Source of the DNA: Eubacteriales bacterium
GTDB lineage: Bacteria > Bacillota > Clostridia > Oscillospirales > CAG-272
Assembly: GCA_045577175.1 (NCBI GenBank)
Contig: JAZNHT010000022.1
Span: 481 to 64,480, forward strand
Length of the DNA stretch: 64,000 bases
Reading direction: 5' to 3'
In this document: positions 18,560-28,114 of the stretch, piece by piece
Layout: every line of letters starts with the position of its first letter
Numbering within the stretch: the stretch's first letter is position 1
Position numbers and translations under genes: made by a program
The notes under the pieces: model-generated
Seen by the model: the letters and a program-made list of their open reading frames with translations, nothing else
Databases searched by the model: none
Told to the model about the DNA's origin: nothing

Positions 18560-19140
18560 TTTCGCTCCTCCTTTTCTTTGCGGAGCTTGCCGATCAGATA
18601 GGCAAACAAGCCGACGAAGCCGCACAAAAGAATCCACAAAACGGTGGAAAAACGCACGGCGAACAAGGAGGTCAGAAGCATGGAAAGAACCGTCACGGAG
18701 AAAATCACGATATGCATCGGGGTATGCTTGACGCTCTTGAGCATCTTCAATCCGGCAGAGAGAATCAGCCAGACGACGCACACCTGAATCCCGCGAAACG
18801 CATAAGCGACATAGGTGAGAGAAAGAAACGCATCAAAAAACAAAGAGATCGCGTACAGGACACAGAAGGACGGGAGCACGACGCCCACGGTTGCCGCGGC
18901 AGAGCCGATCAATCCCGCGTTTTTGTAGCCGATATACGTGGCGCAGTTGATGGCGATCGGTCCCGGCGTTGATTCCGCAATCGCAACGATGTCCAGAAAT
19001 TCGTCCCTGTCCAGCCAGCCCCGTTTCGTCACAAATTCCGCCTCAAGCAGCGCGATCATGGCGTATCCGCCGCCAAACGTGAACGCGCCGATCTTCAGAA
19101 ACGCGAGAAGCAAAGACAGTACAACCCTGCTTTTTTTCAT
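18556..19140 (-). CDS. Chromate transporter (short-chain CHR), first subunit
   Basis: FLKIGAFTFGGGYAM and AESTPGPIAIN. Confidence 0.92.
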   Translation of the reverse strand: MKKSRVVLSLLLAFLKIGAFTFGGGYAMIALLEAEFVTKRGWLDRDEFLDIVAIAESTPGPIAINCATYIGYKNAGLIGSAAATVGVVLPSFCVLYAISLFFDAFLSLTYVAYAFRGIQVCVVWLILSAGLKMLKSVKHTPMHIVIFSVTVLSMLLTSLFAVRFSTVLWILLCGFVGLFAYLIGKLRKEKEERK

Positions 19141-20501
19141 CTTTTCAGTCTCAGTCCTTTCGGGTAGTGATTCTTTGCCCGTCCGCCGCTGACCTTGACA
19201 CCGCCGACGGGACATCCGTGCACGGTGACGACCGCCCATCCGTTCTCCGCCGATACGGCGATCTCCTCCCCGTGCAGATAGGCGGCAAGGGTATCCGGAT
19301 CGTCCGCAAGCTCGATTTTTCGCTTGAACGATTTGCCCATCGCCATGAAAAGCTGGTGATGCGGCTGGACGTAATTTCCTCTTGCCTCACCGATTGTGAC
19401 ACCGAGGCAGAACGCCGTCCCGTGCGGCACGGGGAAATCGGGCGTGAAATACGCGGGATTTCCGTTGTACATCGTGACGTGATCGCGGTCATATTCTGTG
19501 AGTGTCTCGTCAAGAAACGCGAATACGCACGGCGGGATTTTCTCCTTTTTCACGGGCGTGCTCTTCCCTTTTCGGGATTCGCCCGGCTGAGCCGTGCTGT
19601 GCAGCACCGCCATAAACTGCCCCTCGCCGCGTCCCGTGTGCGGATAAAACCTGCGCGCATCGTGCAGATTCGGGCACAGGCATCCGTCAAAGGAGATGCC
19701 GTCCGCGGTATGCGCACGCACGCAGTCACGCACGGGCACCAGCTCAAATTCGGGATGGCGCGTAAGAAACGCGTCCACGGTCATCTCGTTTTCCTCGGGA
19801 GAGAACGTGCACGTCGCGTACACGATATATCCGCCGTCCTTGAGCGCACGGGCGGCGTTGTCGAGAATCTCCGCCTGGCGGGCGGCGCACACGCGCACGT
19901 TCTCCTCGCTCCATTCGGGGATCGCGTTTTCCTCTTTTCGGAACATTCCCTCGCCGGAGCACGGCGCGTCCGCCATAATCAGATCGAACGTTTTCGGGAA
20001 TCTTTCCGCGATCTGCTCCGTCGTCAGGCACGTCGTGACCGTGTTCGTAAGTCCGAGCCGTTCCACGTTGCCTGTGAGGATGCGGCATCTGGACGGGATG
20101 ATTTCGTTTGAGACGAGCACACCGTTTGCGCCGAGCTTGTTTCTGAGCTGGGTACTCTTCCCCCCCGGTGCGGCACAAAGATCGAGCACCTTCCACGCAG
20201 GATCGATCTCCACGCACTCCGCAGGTGCCATCGCCGCCGGCTCCTGCACGTAGATCATCCCTGCATGATGAAACGGGTGATTGCCGATCCCGTCATAGTT
20301 AAAATAATATCCGTTTTCGACGTAAGGGATTCTCTCCGACGGAATGTCGCTGATTTTTTCAAAATCCTCTGCGGAGATTTTATCTGTATTGACGCGGAAC
20401 GCACGCACGGGCGGCTCATCCAAAGCGGCAAGATACGCAGAAAAACCGTCGCCGAGCAGCTTGCGCATCCGTTTTTCGTATGCTTCGGGCAAGGTAATCA
20501 T
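19137..20501 (-). CDS. rsmF: RsmF/NOL1-NOP2-Sun family rRNA m5C methyltransferase
   Basis: YVQEPAAM, LDLCAAPGGKS, DAPCSGEGMFRK, YATCTFSPEENE and KNHYPKGLR. Confidence 0.9.
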   Translation of the reverse strand: MITLPEAYEKRMRKLLGDGFSAYLAALDEPPVRAFRVNTDKISAEDFEKISDIPSERIPYVENGYYFNYDGIGNHPFHHAGMIYVQEPAAMAPAECVEIDPAWKVLDLCAAPGGKSTQLRNKLGANGVLVSNEIIPSRCRILTGNVERLGLTNTVTTCLTTEQIAERFPKTFDLIMADAPCSGEGMFRKEENAIPEWSEENVRVCAARQAEILDNAARALKDGGYIVYATCTFSPEENEMTVDAFLTRHPEFELVPVRDCVRAHTADGISFDGCLCPNLHDARRFYPHTGRGEGQFMAVLHSTAQPGESRKGKSTPVKKEKIPPCVFAFLDETLTEYDRDHVTMYNGNPAYFTPDFPVPHGTAFCLGVTIGEARGNYVQPHHQLFMAMGKSFKRKIELADDPDTLAAYLHGEEIAVSAENGWAVVTVHGCPVGGVKVSGGRAKNHYPKGLRLKR

Positions 20502-21253
20502 TGTCCGTCCTCCGAAAGCTGCATCTCGGCATACAGCATACACATACCGAGCGCGGTGATTGCCGCCGTCTCCGTGCGCAGAATCCGCTTGCCGAGGGAG
20601 ATCGGGACACCGCCAGCCTCCACCGCCGCGGCGACCTCTTTTTCCTCAAACCCGCCCTCCGCGCCGATCAGGATGCCGACCGTCATCCCCGGGCGGATTT
20701 TTTCAAGGGCATCCCTTGTCGCCTTCATACCGTCCTTGTTCTCGTACGGAACGAGGAGCACGTCCATCTCTTTCGCCCGTGCCATCGCTTCCTTATAGGA
20801 AAGCACATCGGACACCTCGGGGATCGCGTTTCGCTTGCTCTGCTTCGCCGCGCTCTCCGCAATCGCCTGCCAGCGTGCACGCTTCTGCGGCTTTTTCTTC
20901 TCATCCAGCTTCACGACACAGCGGTGCATCTCCACGGGAATGATCTCTGCTGCCCCAAGCTCGACCGCTTTCTGAATAATCAGCTCCATCTTGTCGCTCT
21001 TCGGCAGTCCCTGCAAAAGGATGAGCCGGATCGGCAGATTCGTGTCGCGGCAATTCTCCTCGAGAATCTCGCAGACGACCGTTTCGCCATCAAAGCGCGT
21101 CAGACGGCAGAGCGAGCCTTTCCCGTCCGCGCTTACGAGAAATTCCTCCCCGATACGCATACGGAGTACGTTTTTGATATGGTTATAATCCGCGCCCGTG
21201 ATGCGGTAGCAGTCGCCGACGCGATTTGATTCATCGGTAAAAAAGTTGTACAT
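20498..21253 (-). CDS. rsmE: 16S rRNA m3U1498 methyltransferase
   Basis: HIKNVLRM, KAVELG, GAEGGF and LGKRILRTETA. Confidence 0.95.
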   Translation of the reverse strand: MYNFFTDESNRVGDCYRITGADYNHIKNVLRMRIGEEFLVSADGKGSLCRLTRFDGETVVCEILEENCRDTNLPIRLILLQGLPKSDKMELIIQKAVELGAAEIIPVEMHRCVVKLDEKKKPQKRARWQAIAESAAKQSKRNAIPEVSDVLSYKEAMARAKEMDVLLVPYENKDGMKATRDALEKIRPGMTVGILIGAEGGFEEKEVAAAVEAGGVPISLGKRILRTETAAITALGMCMLYAEMQLSEDGQ

Positions 21254-21263
21254 AATTCCTCCG

Positions 21264-22319
21264 TCATTCTTCCTCGGCAGGGAAATGCAGAACGCTTCGC
21301 GCCGCACCCCCGTGCATAAGCTCCGCCGTTTTGAGAAAAGCGTCCACCGCCTCCGTATCCGCGTCGGCGCGCACGGCAACGCCCCACGGGAACTCTCCCT
21401 CAATCAGGGAAAATCCAGCCAAGGCGGAGAGCAGATCGCGCCCGGCGTGACCGCGCTCGCCCTTCTTTTCAAACTGCGCATCGATCGCCGCGTACACACG
21501 CGATCCGAACGGTGCGGCGCACTGATACGCCACGCGAAGCGCGGTCACGTACTCCTCCGCAAACCGTTCCAGCGGTGCGTCCGCCATCCCGTTCACGTCA
21601 CAGCCGACTGCGATGCCCGCAGGGCGGTATCTCTCCGCTAAAAACGCAACGAACGCGCGGAAATACGCGCACCCCGACTCGCGCACCGTATCAAAGCGTG
21701 CGTACTCCGCCTCCGTGTCGGACGGGTGCGCGACCGCCTCCCAAAATCTTTCGGAGGCACGAATGATCCACTCCCGTGCGTTCACAAGCACAAGCGTCAC
21801 CGCCGCCCCTGCCGCAGAAAGCGGTCGGATGCAGTCATCCAGATAGTCCGCCGCCGCACGGCGCACGTAAAAATCGCGCCCGTCCATGCGGAAGTAGAGC
21901 GTATTATCCCCCTCCGGATACGGCATAAGCAAATCGGTGAGGCTTACAAACACCGCCGCACTCTTTACCCCGTCCGCGAGCACGGCAGGCACGTCCTCCG
22001 TATCCCAAACGACTGTCTCCACAGCCGTCCGCGCACATCCGATCACGGGCGCGTCCGCAACCGATTCGACATATTTTTTGCCGCCGACCTCGCCCGATGC
22101 ATCCGTAACGACATAGCGGCAGGTGATTCCGTCTTTACCCGACAGACGGCGCGGAACTGTGAAAAAAGCCCCCGTGACCGTCATCGAAAGGGAGCAAAGC
22201 TCGCCCTCCTCACCGACAGCGGCAGGAAACAGAGACACGCGGATCTTATGCGCATCCGCGGGCGCATCCAAATGAAAAACAATCTCGCCGCCGACAGCGG
22301 TGACGGAAATAATTTGCAT
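21264..22319 (-). CDS. Hypothetical protein, degenerate DUF5722/glycoside-hydrolase-like
   Basis: LDDCIRPLS..VTLVL and FRAFVAFLAERY resemble DUF5722 proteins from memory; family assignment tentative. Confidence 0.55.
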   Translation of the reverse strand: MQIISVTAVGGEIVFHLDAPADAHKIRVSLFPAAVGEEGELCSLSMTVTGAFFTVPRRLSGKDGITCRYVVTDASGEVGGKKYVESVADAPVIGCARTAVETVVWDTEDVPAVLADGVKSAAVFVSLTDLLMPYPEGDNTLYFRMDGRDFYVRRAAADYLDDCIRPLSAAGAAVTLVLVNAREWIIRASERFWEAVAHPSDTEAEYARFDTVRESGCAYFRAFVAFLAERYRPAGIAVGCDVNGMADAPLERFAEEYVTALRVAYQCAAPFGSRVYAAIDAQFEKKGERGHAGRDLLSALAGFSLIEGEFPWGVAVRADADTEAVDAFLKTAELMHGGAARSVLHFPAEEE

Positions 22320-22329
22320 ATGTATCTCC

Positions 22330-22956
22330 TTAAAACAGATTCAAAATCACGGCAGCAGCGGAAAGGCACCCGAGCACGAACACCGCGTATTTCAAAACCT
22401 TCATAAAGCCGAGCGCAAAGTCCGACGGCGACGTATCGTGTCCAAACCACAAACGGTACCGAAGCGTGGAGAGAAACCACACGAGCTTCGGTATAAGAAA
22501 CATCGCTGCCGCCACACCGAAGAAGAACGCACCGAACAAGCCGTACAGAAGCGCCCTCTCAAGCGACTCGGACTCTCTGATTACGGCAACCGTCGCGGCA
22601 TCCGCTTCGAACAGGTCATCGATCCACACGAAATCCTTCACACCGCTTCCGTCGTCAATCCGCCCGACCGAAATAAACAGCTCCGATTTGATCGCATCAA
22701 GCCGTGCGCCGCTGATCCAAACGGACATCAAACACAGTACCGCAAGCACGATGCTCACGATACCGAGCACCCTCTCATGCACGGGGACGTGGAAATCCTC
22801 CATCCGATCTCCCATTGTGTCGAGCTTGTCGGTAAACGCCGCCTCGGTGCGCGCTTTTTCCGCTTCACTGAGGCTGTCGCCGAGGAGCGCGCCGCAGTCG
22901 ATGCACAAACTTCTCCCGTCCGACTGGACCGCGCCGCATTTCACACATTTTTTCAT
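22330..22956 (-). CDS. Zinc-ribbon membrane protein
   Basis: N-terminal CVKCG..CIDCG plus three hydrophobic segments. Confidence 0.75.
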   Translation of the reverse strand: MKKCVKCGAVQSDGRSLCIDCGALLGDSLSEAEKARTEAAFTDKLDTMGDRMEDFHVPVHERVLGIVSIVLAVLCLMSVWISGARLDAIKSELFISVGRIDDGSGVKDFVWIDDLFEADAATVAVIRESESLERALLYGLFGAFFFGVAAAMFLIPKLVWFLSTLRYRLWFGHDTSPSDFALGFMKVLKYAVFVLGCLSAAAVILNLF

Positions 22957-23036
22957 ACGTATCTCCTTAATATATATTCACAGCGGTACGTACCGAAATA
23001 AAGAAAGACTTTCATCACGGACGGACACCGTCTGCA

Positions 23037-23131
23037 ATAAAAGTCTTGTTCGCTAAAGCTCGTATGCCACGGGCGATTGCCGTCCTGACGAAGCATACAG
23101 CACGGTCAAACCGTGCAACTACTCCCTTTTA
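23037..23131 (-). ncRNA. yybP-ykoY (Mn2+) riboswitch
   Basis: Minus strand AAAAGGGAGUAG..P2 GCACGGU/ACCGUGC..P3 GUAUGC-UUCGUCAGGAC..GCAUAC..AACAAGACUUUU matches the yybP-ykoY consensus; overlapping terminator extends to about 23000; TTGACA(23167)-17-TATAAT(23144) promoter. Confidence 0.85.
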
Positions 23132-23175
23132 CGGGGATATTATACCATATCCCCCGCGCTTTGTCAAGGGAAACC

Positions 23176-23376
23176 TTACTGTCCTTCGCCCTCCGTGGGC
23201 AGAACCACCTTGGAAATATCCAGCTTGCCCTTCGCTCTCTCGTGATACGCAATATTTGTGCGGATAAGGTGGAGCATGTGATTGTTCACGCTTCTGCCCT
23301 CTGCCTCGGCGACCGCGATCAGCTTCTTATAAAGCTCCTCGTCCAGACGGACGGTGAATGTCGCTTTGTTCTTCAT
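23176..23376 (-). CDS. Arc/ribbon-helix-helix DNA-binding protein
   Basis: TFTVRLDEELYKKLIAVAEAEGRSVNNHM. Confidence 0.8.
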   Translation of the reverse strand: MKNKATFTVRLDEELYKKLIAVAEAEGRSVNNHMLHLIRTNIAYHERAKGKLDISKVVLPTEGEGQ

Positions 23377-23475
23377 AAAACTGTCCTTCTCTTTCCTGTT
23401 TTCTATATTATACCTTTTTCCTATTGTCATATGTTGAATTTTGTGTTAAAATTTTGGTAGATAGGAGTGTGAGGT

Positions 23476-25002
23476 ATGTTATCGGTAGTATACGGTGCCG
23501 GTCTTTCCGGTCTTGACGGCTTTCTCATCACAATCGAATGCAGCGGACAGAGAAATCTCCCTGCTTTGAACATCGTCGGTCTGCCCGACCTCGCCGTGCG
23601 CGAGGCAAAGGAGCGCATCCGCGCCGCGGCAGACAATTCGGGACTCCCCATCCCCGAAATGGAGCTGATTTTGAATCTCGCCCCTGCGGACAAGCGCAAG
23701 GAGGGCTCTTCGCTCGATCTTTCGATGCTTGTGTCGATCCTCCAGTGCGGCGGCATCATTCCGCGCGAGATCGGTATGCGTGACAAATGCTTTCTCGGCG
23801 AGCTTTCCCTCAGCGGCGAGGTGCGCAAAATCCGCGGCGTGTTGAACATGACGCTCTGCGCGAAGGAAGCCGGCATCAAAGAGGTGTACGTCCCCGTGGA
23901 AAACGCCGCCGAAGCCGCCGCTGTCGAGGGCATCACCGTCTACGGCACGCCGAACGTGCGCGCACTGGTCGATCACCTCAGAGGCGAGGATCCGCTTACC
24001 GCCGCCGTGCCGATCGTGCCGGATTTCGCCGATTTTGCCGGCGGTGTCGATTTCTCCGAGGTGCGCGGACAGGCGCAGGCGAAGCGCGCCATGGAGATCG
24101 CCGCCGCAGGCGCGCACAACTTGCTCCTCGTGGGGCCGCCCGGCTCGGGCAAATCCATGCTCGCCAAGCGATTCCCGACGATCATGCCGCCGCTTTCCTT
24201 TGCGGAATCGGTGGAGATCACGAAAATTCACTCCGTGGCAGGCACGCTTGAATCGGGCAGCGGACTGATTACCCAGCGCCCGTTCCGTGCGCCCCATCAT
24301 ACGATGAGTGCGCCGTCCTTGGTCGGCGGCGGCAAAATCCCCACCCCGGGCGAGCTTGCGCTGGCGCACGGCGGTGTGCTGTTTCTCGACGAGCTGCCCG
24401 AGTATCCGCGCATCGTGACGGAAAGCCTCCGCCAGCCGCTGGAGGACGGCGCGGTGACGATCACCCGTGCCGCCGGTCGGTGCACGTTCCCCTGCCGCGT
24501 GACGATGATCGCCGCGATGAATCCGTGCCCGTGCGGCAATCACGGAAGCGGACAGCAGCCGTGTACCTGCTCCGCCGAGATGCGGCATCGGTATCTCGCA
24601 AAAATTTCGGGACCGCTGCTCGACCGCATCGATATGCACATACGCGTCTCCGCCGTCTCGTTCTCCGAGATGAGCGATACGGCACCGGGCGAATCCTCCG
24701 AAGCGATCCGCGAGCGCGTGATCCGCGCAAGAGAATTTGCCGCCCGTCGGTTTACGGATACGGCATCCGTGCCGAACGGCGCGCTCTCCCCGGCACAAAC
24801 GAGGGAGATGTGCACGCCCGACGCGGCAGGGCTATCCGTGATGAAAATGGCGATGGAGAAGATGGGGCTGTCCGCACGCGGATACGACCGTCTGTTGCGC
24901 GTGGCGAGGACGATTGCGGATCTCGCCGGAAGCGAAACCGTGACGGCATCGCACGTCGCCGAGGCGATTCAGATGCGATCCTTGGACAGGGATATGAAAT
25001 AA
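23476..25002 (+). CDS. comM: YifB/ComM Mg-chelatase-like AAA+ ATPase
   Basis: IVGLPDLAVRE, NLAPADKRKEG, GPPGSGKSMLA, HGGVLFLDE, AAMNPCPCG and SGPLLDRID. Confidence 0.93.
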   Translation: MLSVVYGAGLSGLDGFLITIECSGQRNLPALNIVGLPDLAVREAKERIRAAADNSGLPIPEMELILNLAPADKRKEGSSLDLSMLVSILQCGGIIPREIGMRDKCFLGELSLSGEVRKIRGVLNMTLCAKEAGIKEVYVPVENAAEAAAVEGITVYGTPNVRALVDHLRGEDPLTAAVPIVPDFADFAGGVDFSEVRGQAQAKRAMEIAAAGAHNLLLVGPPGSGKSMLAKRFPTIMPPLSFAESVEITKIHSVAGTLESGSGLITQRPFRAPHHTMSAPSLVGGGKIPTPGELALAHGGVLFLDELPEYPRIVTESLRQPLEDGAVTITRAAGRCTFPCRVTMIAAMNPCPCGNHGSGQQPCTCSAEMRHRYLAKISGPLLDRIDMHIRVSAVSFSEMSDTAPGESSEAIRERVIRAREFAARRFTDTASVPNGALSPAQTREMCTPDAAGLSVMKMAMEKMGLSARGYDRLLRVARTIADLAGSETVTASHVAEAIQMRSLDRDMK

Positions 25003-25154
25003 CAGACGGGGGACTTGGGTATCTGCGATAAAAAGCTCCTATAACGAAACAAGTCCCCCCAAATATCTTCCAAACGGAAATAACAAACGTAACGCAAAGG
25101 AACTTGTGACAAAATTACCACAAGTTCCTTTTGAAATACTAACAGGGAATAGAC

Positions 25155-25281
25155 AAAGCCTCCCTTGTGTAAAGGGAGGTGGCTCGCGTAGCGAGACGGA
25201 GGGATTGTGAAAAGCAAGCTTTTATCGTCATACAATCCCTCAGTCACCTTCGGTGACAGCTCCCTTTACACAAGGGAGCCT
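25155..25281. repeat. Composite REP-like element, family A-related
   Basis: GCCTCCCTTGTGTAAAGGGAGGTGGC...CAGTCACCTTCGGTGACAGCTCCCTTTACACAAGGGAGCC inverted pair. Confidence 0.75.
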
Positions 25282-25739
25282 CGCACAGTGCTTCCCGACA
25301 GTATACCTGTAACGGATTTTACTTCGTTATCGCTACTTAGCCTAAAGCGGATGTGCCAAACTTTTCCTCACCACTCAACCGCGAAGTGACTCCATTCTCA
25401 ACTAACAAGTTATTGTGTACCCATCTGCCATGTGCTATAATAAAACTGCAATTCGGATTAAACACACACATGAGCCGCTTCTGATACCCGTATGAATCAT
25501 AGATTTTGAAGAATTTTTTCTTTTCGCCCAACCTTTTCCCGATTTTTTGTGTCTGTACAGTATGATCCGATAAACACCGGAAAGGATGCCGATTGACACA
25601 AGAAGGTGATATGATAAAAGTTTGAAACAGGCCGAAACAGTACAGTCGTGCTGTATTCCCCTTAAGAACGGCTTCCTTGCAATCAAACCGAAACATGGTA
25701 TAATACTTTTAAATCATTTATATTGAAGGAGAAAAGAAA

Positions 25740-26186
25740 ATGAAAAAAGCATTATTGACAATTCTTTTAATCTGTGTATTGCTTGCTTCTCTTGTGGCTT
25801 GCGGTACAAAAAGCTCCGAAGCCCCTGATAGCGAAGAGCAGATCAGCGTTGACAGCATAGTAGAGCTTTTTGAAAAGGACTACAATGCTCAAAAATACAC
25901 CGCAGAGCAGATATCGAATTTGATTCCGAATCTTGAAGCGAACGGTATTTCCCTTAACGGAAGCATTACGGCGGTAATTCATCTGACCAAAAAAGCATCC
26001 GAACCCGGGCGTTCTGATTGGTCCTGGGCGTACGTCTACGAATTCACAGAGGAAGCGGATGCCATCGCACTTGAAAACAACCGCCGCGCATTCGTTGAAG
26101 CTACCGAAGAAAACGGCGCGTGCATTCGTTGCGGTTGTATAGTCGTGTTTGGCTCCTCTCCAATAATAGCTTCCATTGAGCAATAA
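25740..26186 (+). CDS. Hypothetical lipoprotein
   Basis: MKKALLTILLICVLLASLVAC signal peptide with lipobox; AAGGAG RBS. Confidence 0.82.
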   Translation: MKKALLTILLICVLLASLVACGTKSSEAPDSEEQISVDSIVELFEKDYNAQKYTAEQISNLIPNLEANGISLNGSITAVIHLTKKASEPGRSDWSWAYVYEFTEEADAIALENNRRAFVEATEENGACIRCGCIVVFGSSPIIASIEQ

Positions 26187-26286
26187 ATACTATTATTGAA
26201 AGTAGCTTTCAAGCGATTCAGATGCGATCCTTGGACAGGGATATGAAATAATGGAAAGGGGGACTTGCGTCCCCCTATTTTTTACG

Positions 26287-28083
26287 TTACTTTTCAGTTT
26301 TTACATAATTGATTTTCCGCATACGGTTTATCAGTGCAAAAAGTTCCTGCTTACGCGGCAGATCCAGAAACCGTTCTGTAGTTGTAAAATAGGAAGAATA
26401 CAAAATATCCATTCCCTCTTCAGCGATTCTTTCATAAAGTTCGTCAACCTTTCTCCGAAGATCAATTACACGGTCTTTATTGGAAATTTCCAAATACCGC
26501 AGCATAAAGCCGAGTGCATCAAACTGCCGTTTAGATACAACATCATGCAGTCCGCGCACGTCGATCTGCTCATCCCCGATCAGGATAAATCCCATATCGG
26601 ACACCGCAAGCATTTCGCTTCCGCTCCCTTCGGGGTAAGAAGAAAAGCGATCACTGTACAGTGTTCGTCTTTGCCCCCACACGGCAGGTATAGGAATCTC
26701 CGTTTTTATTCCGTAAGCAGAGCAGATATGTTTCGATTCTTCCGTTACGTCACGGATCAGGTACTCTTCCATCATGTAAATCTTGTCAGCGACGGATAAG
26801 TACTCACCGCTTCCGCCGATTACAAGAATCGTTGAAACCCCACGCGTGCGGTACAGTTCCCCCACCCGATCCGTAAACGGTGTGATCGGCTCTTTTACGA
26901 TCAGTTCTTTCATCATACGGTCACGGATCATAAAGTTCGTAGCACTTCTATCTTCGTCTATCAGTAAAAGAGAGGCTCCTCCGTCCACTGCTTCCATAAT
27001 ATTTGCCGCTTGCGAGGTGGATCCCGATGCATGATCCGTAGAGAAATCCTCCGTATCCCCACCGGGCAGCCACTTGATAAAGGGCGAAATATTGACTCGC
27101 TTTACACTCCGCCCGTCCTCCGCCGAAATACTGACCGCACTTTCATCTGTGATGCAAAGTTCGCGTCCGTCACCGAGAACGTGATCGTAGATACCCGCAG
27201 AGATAGCGTCCAACAGTGTTGACTTCCCCGAATATCCACCGCCCGTAATAACCGTGACACCTTTTTTGATACCCATTCCGCGCACGCCGCAGATTTCGAT
27301 CTCGTCATCCGGTGCAGACTTAAACGGAATCGCCTCCATCATCGGCAGATCCGTTCCCTTGGCTCGCGGAAGGATGCTTCCGTTAGCGATAAAGACGCAA
27401 TAATCGCTTTCTTTCAGCCACCTACGAATCACTGCCTGCTTTTCGGCAAGTGTGAGCACCTGTTTCATTCGGATAAAATCAAACTCTGCAACGAACCGCT
27501 CCACCGCCTCGGGCAAATCTCGGCATAACATTTGAATCGTTTTTCGAATCTTCCGTTTCGGCAGCTGCACCTGCATTCTGATACACAAACACATCTTCGG
27601 TGACGGACGTTCACCATCCGGCATCAGATATACGGTCGTCCCTCCGCCGTATTCGTAGTCTCTCTGAGGACACACGGAGAAATATGCGGTATTTCTGACA
27701 AGCACCTCGCCGCCCGGTGCGTACAGATAATACTTTCCGTTTTCGTTGTCGGGCCGGGACCGGTTGTATAAATCGACGTTCAATTCGTCGACATATCTCT
27801 TGAACTCTCTGAGACAGAAATCCGCAGCGGCGGCTGTATAGACATCCATCCCCAGCTGCTCCACGGGGATTTTTACCGTTACCGTTGGCTTATCCTGTGC
27901 CAGTTTGTGCGTTCCCGTAATTTCAAAGCCTATATCCCCGCTGTAATAGGTCGGATCGCAGTCCGACATAGGCGGTACACCCGGACGGGCAGGATCAAGA
28001 TATACAATGCTGCCATTGTACATTTCCTCGTAAGTATGCGTATACGGCTCCATGCTGAGCAGTTTCTTTTTCAGACGTTTCAC
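26287..28083 (-). CDS. ABC-class P-loop ATPase, COG3044/ABC_ATPase-like
   Basis: FIANGSILPR, Walker A GGGYSGKST, ASGSTSQAAN, Walker B LLLIDEDRSATNFMIRD and EPITPF; GTG start 7 nt after GGAGG. Confidence 0.85.
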   Translation of the reverse strand: MKRLKKKLLSMEPYTHTYEEMYNGSIVYLDPARPGVPPMSDCDPTYYSGDIGFEITGTHKLAQDKPTVTVKIPVEQLGMDVYTAAAADFCLREFKRYVDELNVDLYNRSRPDNENGKYYLYAPGGEVLVRNTAYFSVCPQRDYEYGGGTTVYLMPDGERPSPKMCLCIRMQVQLPKRKIRKTIQMLCRDLPEAVERFVAEFDFIRMKQVLTLAEKQAVIRRWLKESDYCVFIANGSILPRAKGTDLPMMEAIPFKSAPDDEIEICGVRGMGIKKGVTVITGGGYSGKSTLLDAISAGIYDHVLGDGRELCITDESAVSISAEDGRSVKRVNISPFIKWLPGGDTEDFSTDHASGSTSQAANIMEAVDGGASLLLIDEDRSATNFMIRDRMMKELIVKEPITPFTDRVGELYRTRGVSTILVIGGSGEYLSVADKIYMMEEYLIRDVTEESKHICSAYGIKTEIPIPAVWGQRRTLYSDRFSSYPEGSGSEMLAVSDMGFILIGDEQIDVRGLHDVVSKRQFDALGFMLRYLEISNKDRVIDLRRKVDELYERIAEEGMDILYSSYFTTTERFLDLPRKQELFALINRMRKINYVKTEK

Positions 28084-28114
28084 AAGCATTCCTCCTTTTG
28101 CTGTACGCGGTGCT

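Larger units (their letters stand above)
24964..26251 (+). mobile_element. 1.2-kb insertion bounded by a perfect 39-bp direct repeat of the comM 3' end
   Basis: GCGATTCAGATGCGATCCTTGGACAGGGATATGAAATAA at 24964-25002 and 26213-26251; AT-rich interior; no recombinase gene. Confidence 0.8.
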
